DNA of 61,229 bases, filler included. It is 4 parts of 4 records of this genome, joined end to end, with 100 filler letters (N's around TTAATTAATTAA, not from the genome) between each part and the next. Parts side by side here need not be neighbours in the genome. Positions count along the whole stretch, not along the records: positions 1 to 28,380 come from SRR2962707_551; positions 28,481 to 33,785 come from SRR2962707_557; positions 33,886 to 55,251 come from SRR2962707_562; 1 more part is not named here. One strand, written 5' to 3'. The translations under genes were made by a program, and so were the position numbers. Below the pieces are notes generated by a model. That model was given only the letters and a program-made list of their open reading frames with translations, was not told the origin of the DNA and did no database searches. Within the stretch, counting starts at the first letter, position 1. Every line of letters begins with the position of its first letter. Below, piece after piece: positions 22,009-34,060 of this stretch.

Positions 22009-24054
22009 ATGGGCGTTGTTTTTCGAGCTCTATTCTTGCCTGAGCGTTATGCGGTTATCTTTGCGCTAAAAGGTGTGATTGCGATGGCAATGGCGTTGAC
22101 CATTGCCATGTATCTTAATCTTGATAGACCTTATTGGGCGTTGATTTCAGCGGTTTTTCTACAGATGCGTCCAGAAGGCGGTTTGGTGATTGAAAAAGCC
22201 GTCTGCCAAATCGCCGGCACGCTTGTGGGGGGCGTCGTTGGTATTGTGATCTTGAGTTATTTCATGCCATACCCCTATTTGGCGATTGGCATTGTCACCT
22301 TGTGGCTTGGAATTAACTCCGCTTTGTCAGCCATGGTTAGACAGGCGAATTTTATTTATGGCTTTGCGATGGCGGGAGTCACCGCAGAAATCATCGTGTT
22401 ATTGGTGATGGTGTCTCCGACCACTGCAGACAGCCAGGCCGTATTTAATGTGGCGCAAGCGCGAGTGAGTGAAATTGTATTGGGCTCGATTTGTGCGGCT
22501 GTGGTTAGTCACCTTTTTTGGCCGGTGAAGGTGAGGCACAGTTTGCAGGCGCAATCGCGCTCTGTGATTAACCAAACGCTGAGTTATTTGGTGGCCGAAT
22601 TAGACCCCGCCGGGTCCCATGAAAAGCGTCACCAGCACATTGATAGCATCATGCAAACGTTGAGCTTGGTAAGTGATGATTCGAGCGCTGTGTCTTATGA
22701 AGGGCCAGAAGGGCCTGGGAGAGCGCGAGCGGCGAATCAAATCAGCCATAAAATCTTGTCCTTGCTGGCGGTGATACAAATCTTTGGTCGTTTGCAGCGC
22801 CAGCATCCAGAAATGATAACCCCTGCCCTGAGTGAATTGTTAGATCAACTGAGAGCGGCGTTTACCGCTATTGCTGACTCGAATGATTTTGATGATTGCT
22901 ATGAGCAAGTAAGGGCGTTACGTAAGACGATTTTAGAGCTTCGTCAGCAGCCTAATAATGATCGACCGTTTGAAGCAAGAATGCTGACGGTAGGCTTGGA
23001 TTTGACCGCTGATTTGACGGTTCTGCTGCGTGCGTTCCGTGCTCTTGAAAGTCGTGATAGTAGCTTGCTCAAGGCGCCTAGTGCTCATACCCATAGAGAT
23101 CCTTTGGTTGGTCTGGTGACAGGCGTAAGAACCGGTGTGATCTTCTTGGTGGGCGCTTTTATCTGGATCAATACTGGGGCCAGCGCGGCCTTAATGATTA
23201 TGATTTTGCCCGCTATTTTCTCCATCATGTTAGCGCGTTTACCGCGGATGATTCTGAGAGTTGTCTTGCAGCGTATTTTGATTGGCGTGCTGGTTGCTGT
23301 GCCCGTGGCTATTTTTTATGCGCTGAATCTCTTGGCGCAAAGTTCTGGGCAGCTGGAAGTGTTGTTGCTGGTGCTGGCGGCGCCGTATTTTATTGGTTTA
23401 TTGGCTTTAGCCAAACGTGAAACATTGCCTTATGGGTTGGGCTTTTGTATTCCATTTAGTATTTTAGTGCGTCCGAGTATGGACATGTCACTGGCGTTTT
23501 CTGTGGATTATACCTTAAGCTCCGCGATGGCCATCTTTGTGGGTGTGTGCATCTTGTATTGGGTATTTGAGCTTATTGAGGGGCCAAGTAACCAGCTGTT
23601 GGTGCGTCGATTGTTTAAAGCGACGACCGCAGATTTGGCAGAATTAAAGAGCAAAGATAACCCCAGCGATTGGTTTAATTGCAGGATGGAAGATCGTTTG
23701 TTGCGGCTGATTAATTACGATCAACGTTCAACGACTCGGGTTGTAACTGACTTAGGGTTAACTGGTCTAAACCTTGGTCATGTCTCGATTAAATTGCACT
23801 CCTTGTGCGAAGGCATTGCGGGTGGGAATTTAAAGGCTGTGGATGCGTGGCAAGCGGCGTTAGCTAAGACGTTTATGTTGGCCACCAAAGGGCAGATGAC
23901 TGAGGAGTTTGAAAACGCCTGTAGCCTTGTCCATAGCGAGCTTGTTGAACGAGTAGGAAATACCCCTCAGACAGAGATGATTCAAGGGATGTTTCAACGC
24001 ATAAGCCTCTCTTTGAAGCGCAGTGCAGCGATTGTCGCCGAGGAGAAAGGGTAA
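22009..24054 (+). CDS. FUSC family inner-membrane efflux protein (AaeB/FusC-like)
   Basis: LDRPYWA motif, two hydrophobic blocks, operon with the AaeX/AaeA-like genes. Confidence 0.92.
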   Translation: MGVVFRALFLPERYAVIFALKGVIAMAMALTIAMYLNLDRPYWALISAVFLQMRPEGGLVIEKAVCQIAGTLVGGVVGIVILSYFMPYPYLAIGIVTLWLGINSALSAMVRQANFIYGFAMAGVTAEIIVLLVMVSPTTADSQAVFNVAQARVSEIVLGSICAAVVSHLFWPVKVRHSLQAQSRSVINQTLSYLVAELDPAGSHEKRHQHIDSIMQTLSLVSDDSSAVSYEGPEGPGRARAANQISHKILSLLAVIQIFGRLQRQHPEMITPALSELLDQLRAAFTAIADSNDFDDCYEQVRALRKTILELRQQPNNDRPFEARMLTVGLDLTADLTVLLRAFRALESRDSSLLKAPSAHTHRDPLVGLVTGVRTGVIFLVGAFIWINTGASAALMIMILPAIFSIMLARLPRMILRVVLQRILIGVLVAVPVAIFYALNLLAQSSGQLEVLLLVLAAPYFIGLLALAKRETLPYGLGFCIPFSILVRPSMDMSLAFSVDYTLSSAMAIFVGVCILYWVFELIEGPSNQLLVRRLFKATTADLAELKSKDNPSDWFNCRMEDRLLRLINYDQRSTTRVVTDLGLTGLNLGHVSIKLHSLCEGIAGGNLKAVDAWQAALAKTFMLATKGQMTEEFENACSLVHSELVERVGNTPQTEMIQGMFQRISLSLKRSAAIVAEEKG

Positions 24055-24111
24055 GACCGCGCGCATTGTTTGCTGGGTTTAATTTTCCTCGACTCTGTCG
24101 CTGTGCTGTCA

Positions 24112-24792
24112 TTACACCGTTAAATACCAGTCGGCGCCAGATTTGCTGGCGAGCACTGTGTGAGCGTTGAGAGAATCGCTTTGCTGAATTCTCGCCATCG
24201 CTTGTTCATGGGTAAAGCCCCATGCTTTCATATGTCGTTTGGCGAGTTGTTCAATGGCAAGTTCTAGTGGGGTGTCCAAAAACCAGTGCTGATCGAGTAA
24301 ATCAGCGCATCCTTGCCAACCGTCTTTATCGTGCAGTAGGTAGAGCCCTTCAATAAGGATGATCTTTGCTTCTTTGGGGATTCGTATGTCATTGTCAACG
24401 GGGTCCCCTAGCTGATGATCAAAACTTGGCCATCTGGTATCTTGTTGTTGATACAGCGCTTTTAGAGTGCGCGTTTTGTTCATAAACGTAGCGCAGTCAA
24501 ACGTCCAAGGTGCGCCCCGTTTGGCGAAGGCTTCGGTGGCATTTGGCCATTGTTTTAGGGTTTGTTTTGGAAAATGAAAACCGTCCATAGATAGGCAGAC
24601 CACTTGGTTAGGGTGTAACTCCTCCATTCTTGCGCTTAAATAGGTAGCAAGCGTGCTTTTGCCTGAGCCAGGGCCTCCTGTTAAACCAATAAGAGAGCGC
24701 GTAGGTTTTGTTAATAAAGCCTCAAGTTTTTTGATTGCTTGCTCTACATCGCTTGAGTAAGCATATAAGTTATGAAGTTGTTCTGGGCTCAT
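24112..24792 (-). CDS. P-loop nucleoside/pantothenate kinase-like protein (YggC/FrcK/YFH7-like)
   Basis: GGPGSGKST Walker A, MDGFH, RGAPWTFD, EGLYLL; RBS AGGAG. Confidence 0.85.
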   Translation of the reverse strand: MSPEQLHNLYAYSSDVEQAIKKLEALLTKPTRSLIGLTGGPGSGKSTLATYLSARMEELHPNQVVCLSMDGFHFPKQTLKQWPNATEAFAKRGAPWTFDCATFMNKTRTLKALYQQQDTRWPSFDHQLGDPVDNDIRIPKEAKIILIEGLYLLHDKDGWQGCADLLDQHWFLDTPLELAIEQLAKRHMKAWGFTHEQAMARIQQSDSLNAHTVLASKSGADWYLTV

Positions 24793-25077
24793 GGTGTGCT
24801 CCTAATGGGTAACCTTGTAGGAAGTATAGTGTCAACTTCGGTGTAAAAGTCTGAATTGATTGTTGCTGTCACTTTCGTCAATGTAAACCTTGCCGATGTC
24901 TTTTTAGGTCCGTATGCCGCAATGAATGTTTAGCAATAAAGTAAATAAAGAACATTGACGGAAGACAGTGAATGTTCTGATTTTGTTTGACTCGTATTGT
25001 TAATAAAGTCGTTTAAGATGGTGCTTTATCTAACAATACGCAATGAAAGTCTTGTAAAAAGGCTTTCTGGGGGATGT

Positions 25078-26031
25078 ATGATTGCCGTTGTTGTAGGAAG
25101 TCGAACGAGAGAGACTCAGGATATCATCCGAGTCGTTTTTCATGCTAAAGAGGGTGTTTTGCCGCCCTATGAGGCAGGAGCGCACATCGATGTTTGTTTG
25201 CCCAGTGGGCTAATTCGACAGTATTCGCTTTGTCGCTTACAGGACGATCCTCGGTGTTATGAAGTGGCTGTGCTTAAGGCGCATTCATCAAAAGGTGGTT
25301 CTGAGGAGATGCATCGACTTAATGTTGGCGAAACGCTGATGATAAGTGCCCCTAAGAACCATTTTCGGTTAGCGACAACCCCGGCAAAATCATTGCTTAT
25401 TGCGGGTGGTATTGGGGTGGCTCCCTTGATTGCCATGGCGCAGCAGTTAGAGCAAATGATGAAGCCTTTTGAATTTCATTATTGCGCTCGCACCCCAGAT
25501 GCTGCGGCCTTTGTGGCTTGGCTAAAAGCCGCTTCGTTTGCCGATAAGGTGCATTTTCATTTTAGTCAGGTGCCAACCTCTGGGCGTATGGATATCTTAA
25601 ATGTGTTGTCTCAGCAGGCCATTAGCACGGAACTCTACTTGTGTGGTCCGACTGATTTTATTCAGCAGTTAGAGTGGCAGGCGCAAACGCTTGGTTGGTC
25701 GCAGGAGCGTTTACACAAAGAGTACTTCTCTGGGTTATCGCCGGTCTCTAAAGAGGACTCGAATACTCGCTTTACGCTTAAGATTCACAGCACGGGCGAG
25801 GAGTTTGACGTGGCGCCGGAGCAAACCATTACTCAAGTCTTAGACGCCAATGGAATTTATCTTCCCGTGTCGTGCGAAGAGGGCGTTTGTGGCACTTGTC
25901 AAACAAAGGTATGCCATGGTGTGCCGGATCACAGGGATTTGTTTCTCAGTGAGAAAGAGAAGGCGGCTGGTGGGCTTATTATGCCCTGTTGCTCGCGTTC
26001 AAAAACGTCTTTGCTCGAACTTGACCTCTAA
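25078..26031 (+). CDS. PDR/VanB family oxidoreductase (FMN/NAD-binding plus C-terminal 2Fe-2S)
   Basis: GAHIDV, RQYSL, GGIG, CGP, CEEGVCGTC...CCSR; start placed at the ATG after GGGGGA. Confidence 0.92.
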   Translation: MIAVVVGSRTRETQDIIRVVFHAKEGVLPPYEAGAHIDVCLPSGLIRQYSLCRLQDDPRCYEVAVLKAHSSKGGSEEMHRLNVGETLMISAPKNHFRLATTPAKSLLIAGGIGVAPLIAMAQQLEQMMKPFEFHYCARTPDAAAFVAWLKAASFADKVHFHFSQVPTSGRMDILNVLSQQAISTELYLCGPTDFIQQLEWQAQTLGWSQERLHKEYFSGLSPVSKEDSNTRFTLKIHSTGEEFDVAPEQTITQVLDANGIYLPVSCEEGVCGTCQTKVCHGVPDHRDLFLSEKEKAAGGLIMPCCSRSKTSLLELDL

Positions 26032-26108
26032 GTGCTCTGTTTACAAGGTGTTTTCGAATTACTGGGGCTATTTTCATTTTACCGAGTATAAAACAGGTAC
26101 GTTTTACA

Positions 26109-26137
26109 TTGAGTGGAATGCCTTGCGATGTTATCAT
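26109..26137 (+). promoter_or_regulatory. Putative sigma70 promoter of pyrG
   Basis: TTGAGT, 17-nt spacer, TATCAT with an extended -10 TG. Confidence 0.6.
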
Positions 26138-26208
26138 TTTCTCCCGTCCTGAAGGTGTATTAATATGCGCCATCAAATCTCATTTTCTCATTCTTTAAGG
26201 CGGGTTAA

Positions 26209-27849
<1,641 letters not shown>

Positions 27850-27874
27850 TTAGCACAAGCATAATCGTTTGTGA

Positions 27875-28380
<506 letters not shown>

Positions 28381-28480
28381 NNNNNNNNNNNNNNNNNNNN
28401 NNNNNNNNNNNNNNNNNNNNNNNNTTAATTAATTAANNNNNNNNNNNNNNNNNNNNNNNNNNNNNNNNNNNNNNNNNNNN
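28381..28480. other. Artificial contig spacer
   Basis: 44 N + TTAATTAATTAA (stops in all six frames) + 44 N. Confidence 0.99.
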
Positions 28481-28506
28481 CTCTCTCTCTCTCTCTCTCT
28501 CTCTCT
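28481..28506. repeat. (CT)n microsatellite at contig start
   Basis: 13 perfect CT units. Confidence 0.95.
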
Positions 28507-28809
28507 GACAGTCTGTCTGCCTGCCTGACTATCTGTCCATGTGTGTGAGTGCGAATGTTGAATCTGCTTCCCTTCACTAAGCTTCGTCTTGATTAACCCT
28601 CGCGACAATCACCGTTTGGTTGGTGCTGTCGTCGTCGTGGCCGCCTGTCTGCAGTTTTGGCGGGACCCTGCTTTTTGTCCTTGTTTTTTTCTTTTCTTTT
28701 TTTTTTCGTGCACACTTATTAATAAACTTCGCGAGATTCTCAAGCAGAAAGCGAAACAAGAGGTTTGAAGCGGAGCTTGTTTCCGCTACTCTTGTCTGAA
28801 AAGCCAGCA

Positions 28810-31671
28810 ATGGCGTCAAGCAGGCCTGTTGCTGGTGCTGCTGCTGGTGCTGCTGGCGCCTCCCAAGACACCGCGTCGGCTCTCCGAACCCAGGGAAACG
28901 AAGCTTTTTCCCGTGGCCAGTACGCTGAGGCTGTGGAAGCCTACTCGCAGGCTCTGCGGCTGAGTCCTGGCACGCCTGAGCTGTGGAGCAACAGAGCAGC
29001 CTGCTACCTGAAACTTGACCAGCCGTATCTTGCGGCAGCTGACGCGTATGAATTGTTGGAGATCCGGCCTGACTGGCCCAAGTCGTACTTCCGCCTGGGA
29101 AAAGCCAGCGTGGCTATGGGAGGGTATTCAGACGCACTGGAGTGGTACGATGCCGGACTCACATGTGCGAACATGTTGGGCTTGGCCAACGAGGCCAAGA
29201 CGCTGGAAAAGTGCATCCGGCAGGCTCAGCGAGCGAAAAAGGCAGGGGGGAAGGCAGATCTGCACGCAAAGCTGGCCAAGGAGATGAATTTCGATTCCGA
29301 GCTGTTCTATGTGCCGCGGACAACAGCCAAGTCACGTGCCCTCAGCGTGGCCTCGAATCCTTCGTTTTTCTCCACATTAGTTGAACCTTTTCCCGTTTGC
29401 ATCGTGGATATTGATCAGCCATCAGGGGAGATATCTGAATTGGTGACGGCAGATGGCGCAGGTGCTGCTGCCACCACCACGGCAAGCAACGTTGTTGCGA
29501 CACCAGCTGCGCATTGGCACGAAGAAGCACCCGGAGGTGGCCGAGGATTGGTTGCCACTAAGACGTTTGACACTCACTCCGTTGCATTCCTTGACGAACA
29601 AATTATCTGCGTGTCGTACTCACCCTATTTATGCGATCATTGTGGCGCTGCGCTGCCCCCGCCGCGCCACGCGTACCATGCCGACAAGAAAGAAGGCGAG
29701 TCCTTTGAGACGTACTGTAGGTCCGTGTCGTAGTTTCAGGCACCGCATATCGCACACATTGCGTGCGTTGTATGTGCGTGTGTGTGGAGAAAGGGGCGCT
29801 GCTGCGTTTTTTAAGCTGCGAGTTGAGCGATGGCTCGCAAGCACATTATCAATGTACTCACCACCAAGGGATGTTTGATGGTGTTTTTCCTCTGCTGTAG
29901 CAAAGATTGTCTGGACATTGCGCGAGAGTGCTATCATGGACCAAGTTTGAGCGCCGATGCTGCTCGGGCGATTGCGGCTCTACGAAAGCAACTTTATGCT
30001 GCCACAGAGTCCGGAGAAGCTCCGCTGGCATCGTCTTACCATGTCCTTGGCGCAATGCGGCTGGCTGCGATGCATCTTGCTCGGCGGTGGTACATGGCCA
30101 AAGGTGCGGAGCAGTAATAAGCTCGCATATGCGTGTTCGGCTTGTGCCCTTGCAATTTTTTTCATAGTGTGGTGTCCTGACAGGCAAAACCGTCCCTCGG
30201 CGGCTCCAACGCAAACTTGACGCATTTGACAAGCTCGTGCGGCCCGCCGATTTGCCAGCAACGATCCTGGAGGACCATGGATTTAAGGTCCCATTTCAAG
30301 AACGGTACGCGGGGGTTCTCAGTGACTTTTGAGAGGCTGCAAGACCACGGCGATGGCAGTGTTGCTTGATTTGTTCAAGAACATGTATGTCAGGTACCGG
30401 CAATACCAACGAATTGTGGCGGCGCTGAACCTAGTTCGAGATCCAGACATCAGCTTTGAATGGTACGACGGTGCTTGGGGCAGCATGCTTTTCAATGCAC
30501 TACGCACGACTGCCGACGGTGGGGCCGACGACGAGGCTGCGGGCCGTGTACTGGATGATCCGCAAGGTCGGCGTTCGGAGTCTGTCAGCATTATGGTGGG
30601 TTCAAAATGCTCCGCGGGTCTGCACGAGACGTGCTTCATTTCTGCGTTGCCGATGGTTCAGAGGCATGTCTGTGAGTCTGGTGATTTTTTGTGCATGACA
30701 ACTGCAGGCCATCGGGAGTTACATCAACCATAGTTTTGAGTTCGTAACTGATTTGTTAACAGCGACGCCATTGACAGTGATGTGTGCTGCTGTTAACGTC
30801 CATCAAATATCCGGGCCGCTGTCCTCACGCCGTTGCGTTTGCACTGCTGTCCGTGTGTAAATGCAGACCAAACGTTACGGTTCGTCGTTCAAAAGTTGGC
30901 GCTCCGTTTCCTACGCACATGTGAGTAAATACAGCAGCGCTTGTTGGCGTCGGGCAATCGCACTTGCATTTGCATCGGTACGCATCTCTGTTGCTCAGAA
31001 AGTTGTGTGATTGTCATTCTGCTTTTGGCATCGTGATATTTAGTTTTCAGTTTGTGAGCATCCGACCTATTGGGAAAGACGAAGAACTTTTCTTGTCATA
31101 CACGGACCCAGCGCTACCACTTGATGTCCAGCGTGGCGTTCTGCAAGGCCAGTACCTGATCGGCACCGGCGATGCGAAGCCCGAGGTACCCACATCTGAA
31201 AAAAACACCCCAGATTCCACCCCAGACTCAAAGGAGATGGCGGACGCCTCTTCGACCGTGTTGGAGGTCGGTGAGGCGCCCACTTCGTCCGGGGGCGAGG
31301 CTAAGACTTCCACGACCAAACACTCAACGCCAGTGCTTGCGCAGACGTCGGATGCAGACCGCCAATTGCACAAGTCAGCTCCATCCAGTGCAGCAAAACG
31401 TAAACCAAGCGGTCAAATGAGTTCGACAGCCAACCAACCGGACCATATCCGGCACCCAGGTGGCACCACATTCACAGCCAACGGCAAAACTGTCAGTGCG
31501 AGTGGAAATAATGGCATTTCGGAGGCTAAAAGACGGCAACAACAACTTGAGGCTGCCATACGGCAGCCAAGCGTGCCAGTTTCATCATTACCTAACAGTG
31601 ACAGCGGTAAACCGTTGGTGGATGACGTGCGTTTGTTCAACTGTGGATCGCTTGCCGACGACTTGGACTGA
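28810..31671 (+). CDS. Eukaryotic TPR + SET/MYND (SMYD-like) protein, 7 exons, ~716 aa
   Basis: Hand-spliced join(28810..29720,29901..30103,30184..30304,30394..30595,30708..30739,30867..30920,31044..31671), all GT-AG and in frame; restores three TPRs, GRGLVAT, CDHC..YCSKDC, SYINHSFEPN and RPIGKDEELFLSY. Confidence 0.85.
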
Positions 31672-31754
31672 AAATTTAGTCAAAGTTTTCAATGAAAATT
31701 ATTAAATTAAGGTGACGGCGCAGCTGCAACGTTGGTTCGCTTGCACTGCGAATA

Positions 31755-33620
31755 TTAGTTCTCAAACATGTCAAGACCTTGTTCCAAGATAGACTTCCCG
31801 CCTTTCCTGCCTTTGCGGCCTCCCTTCTTTGACTTGGGTGCCACGCCACCTGCGTACTGAGGAATATCATACGGGGATTGGTAATTGCTGGCTGGTCCAT
31901 CTTCGTCATCATCCCCGTACGGGTCGCCATAACTATCGTTGTTTGCGGCATTGGCCCGGCGCTGCTGCTCGAGCCGTGCAGCTGCGGTCGACGCCCGCTT
32001 GTGGACGGCCTCGAGCTCTGGGAGGGCGTCTTCGTCGTCAGCTGTGTGGGTGCGCGAATGACCACCACGGCCTCGGCGGCGGTTACCACGCGGGCCAGTT
32101 GCGGGGGAGCTCGAACCAGACACGTCTCCGCCACCTTCGAGAACCTTGCGAGCTTTATTCCACTTCTTTTGCTTCCGGATCTCTGCCATGGTATTTTTCA
32201 GCTGGTCTTTTCGCTTTTTGGCGGCAATGCCAAACTTTTTGCGATCCTGCAACAGCTCTGCCTTTCGCCTCAGCATCATTTCGGTTCGCTCGCGTTGTTT
32301 GCGGAGTTGCTGTTCAAGCTGTTGCCGGTGGAACTCGTCGGCTCTGCGCTGCCTTTCAACGTTGGCCATTTTCACTTTGGTCTCCAGCGCGCGGCGCTCG
32401 CGGTTGAGTTCTCGATGCCGTTCAATCTCTTCTTCCTTCTGTCGCAAAATGTCTTCCTGCTCGGCGCGCCGCTTCAAAATTTCTTCGATCCGCTCCTGCT
32501 CCGCATACTCGGCCTCGTTGAAGGCAACCTGCCGACGTCGCTCGTTGAGCTCCAATAGCCGCTTCTGCTGGACCAGCTCCTCTTCCTTCTCCATCTCCAG
32601 TCGTTCACGACGAACATAGTTGGCACGCTGCTTTTTGTGGAACTCACGCCGCTTTTTGGCCTCAATTTTGCGGTACTGCTTTGCCTGTTGCTCAGCTCGC
32701 TGCGCAACCAAAGCTTGTTTGCGCTCCATTTCACGTTTCTTGAGTTTGAGCTTGTGCTGCTGTCGCATCTTGCGCTTCGCATCTCGGAGTTCCATATCCT
32801 TGAGCCGTCGCTGGATGTCCGCTTGGTGTTTGACGAAAATTTCTTCCGTTTGCTCTTTGTGCTCGTAGCTTTTTTCCCTTCGCTCGATCTCACGTTTCTG
32901 GGCCATCTTACGGATTGCAGCCTCTCGTTGCTTTGCTTGTTCTGCAAGCTGCCGGTCTTTTTCGAATTGCGCCTTCATGACTGCTCGCCGTTGCAGCTCC
33001 AGCGCTTCCTCTTGGGCCAATTTGGCCTGCTGTTTCGCACGTTTTACAGCCGCTGCCTCTTTCTTCCGCTTGCGCTCCGCGCGCTTGGCCTGCTCTTGAC
33101 GTGCTTGCTCTTTGAGCATCTTGGCTTCCTGATCCTCTTGAATCTTAGCCACCTTCATTTCGTACTCGAGCATTTGCTCAATCTCGCGCTGCTGGCGGTA
33201 CTTGATCTTCTCCAGCCGCCTTTGCTCCATCTCTACCAGCGTGCTCTTCTCGGCCTCGGCCTTTTCATCGTCAATGAGCCCAGAGCCACCGCCAAAGCGT
33301 GCACTGGCCTTCTTTCCACCGCCTTTGCCCATGAGCTTCTCGCGCTCCTTCCTCACCACGCGGATTTGATCCGAGCGCAGCTTGATGTACGCCTCATGCC
33401 GCATGCGCTGGATCTGAGGGTCAATGTTGGGCTCCCAGAACGAGTCCAGATCGCGGATCCGCACGGACTCCGGGTCCACACCGCAGAGCAAGCATGCTTT
33501 GGCCGAGCGGGGCGTCAGCACCGGTCGTTTGGGCGTCTGCTTCGATGACTCGTGGGCTTTCAGCGACGACACGCTGTTGATCACCTCCTCAATGGTGATC
33601 TTCCGCTGGCGCCGCGACAT
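31755..33620 (-). CDS. Long coiled-coil protein, CCDC177/CCDC185 (DUF4659)-like
   Basis: Single exon; N-terminal VLTPRSAKAC...HEAY..R motif resembles CCDC177, followed by ~400 aa of E/K/R/Q-rich coiled coil. Confidence 0.75.
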   Translation of the reverse strand: MSRRQRKITIEEVINSVSSLKAHESSKQTPKRPVLTPRSAKACLLCGVDPESVRIRDLDSFWEPNIDPQIQRMRHEAYIKLRSDQIRVVRKEREKLMGKGGGKKASARFGGGSGLIDDEKAEAEKSTLVEMEQRRLEKIKYRQQREIEQMLEYEMKVAKIQEDQEAKMLKEQARQEQAKRAERKRKKEAAAVKRAKQQAKLAQEEALELQRRAVMKAQFEKDRQLAEQAKQREAAIRKMAQKREIERREKSYEHKEQTEEIFVKHQADIQRRLKDMELRDAKRKMRQQHKLKLKKREMERKQALVAQRAEQQAKQYRKIEAKKRREFHKKQRANYVRRERLEMEKEEELVQQKRLLELNERRRQVAFNEAEYAEQERIEEILKRRAEQEDILRQKEEEIERHRELNRERRALETKVKMANVERQRRADEFHRQQLEQQLRKQRERTEMMLRRKAELLQDRKKFGIAAKKRKDQLKNTMAEIRKQKKWNKARKVLEGGGDVSGSSSPATGPRGNRRRGRGGHSRTHTADDEDALPELEAVHKRASTAAARLEQQRRANAANNDSYGDPYGDDDEDGPASNYQSPYDIPQYAGGVAPKSKKGGRKGRKGGKSILEQGLDMFEN

Positions 33621-33755
33621 TGCTGGTGACACTGACGCACGGTGCAAACGCGAAAAAGCTCTCTCCTTTGCGAAAAGGACAACGTTTGTGTGTGTAGTAG
33701 TAGGAGTCGTCGAGGGGCCTCAGTCAGACCCACCCGGGCCACCGGAAGCTTACAC

Positions 33756-33785
33756 CACACACGCGCACGCACACACACACACACA
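33756..33785. repeat. (CA)n-rich microsatellite at contig end
   Basis: CACACACGCGCACGCACACACACACACACA. Confidence 0.9.
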
Positions 33786-33885
33786 NNNNNNNNNNNNNNN
33801 NNNNNNNNNNNNNNNNNNNNNNNNNNNNNTTAATTAATTAANNNNNNNNNNNNNNNNNNNNNNNNNNNNNNNNNNNNNNNNNNNN
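33786..33885. other. Artificial contig spacer
   Basis: N44-TTAATTAATTAA-N44. Confidence 0.99.
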
Positions 33886-34060
33886 GCTTGCTGTGTCGGT
33901 TGTCTGCCTCGCTTTTTTTTTTCTTTGATTCGTTTTTTCCCTTTCTACGGCAGTGGCGCTGTGGTTGGCCGCTTTCCTTTCCTTGACTTGACTGTGGCAC
34001 ATGTGCCTTTGCGAGTTGCATCTCAGCCTTGTTGAAGGTTGACCTCAACTCTCTTTCGGC

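Noticed and set aside
28425..28436. TTAATTAATTAA palindrome recurring three times
   Set aside because: It is centred in fixed-length N runs: a synthetic six-frame stop linker, not biology
31829..33548. Long plus-strand ORFs (e.g. 32637-33548, 31878-32558) opposite the coiled-coil gene
   Set aside because: Antisense shadows of a biased E/K/R/Q-rich coding sequence; no motifs
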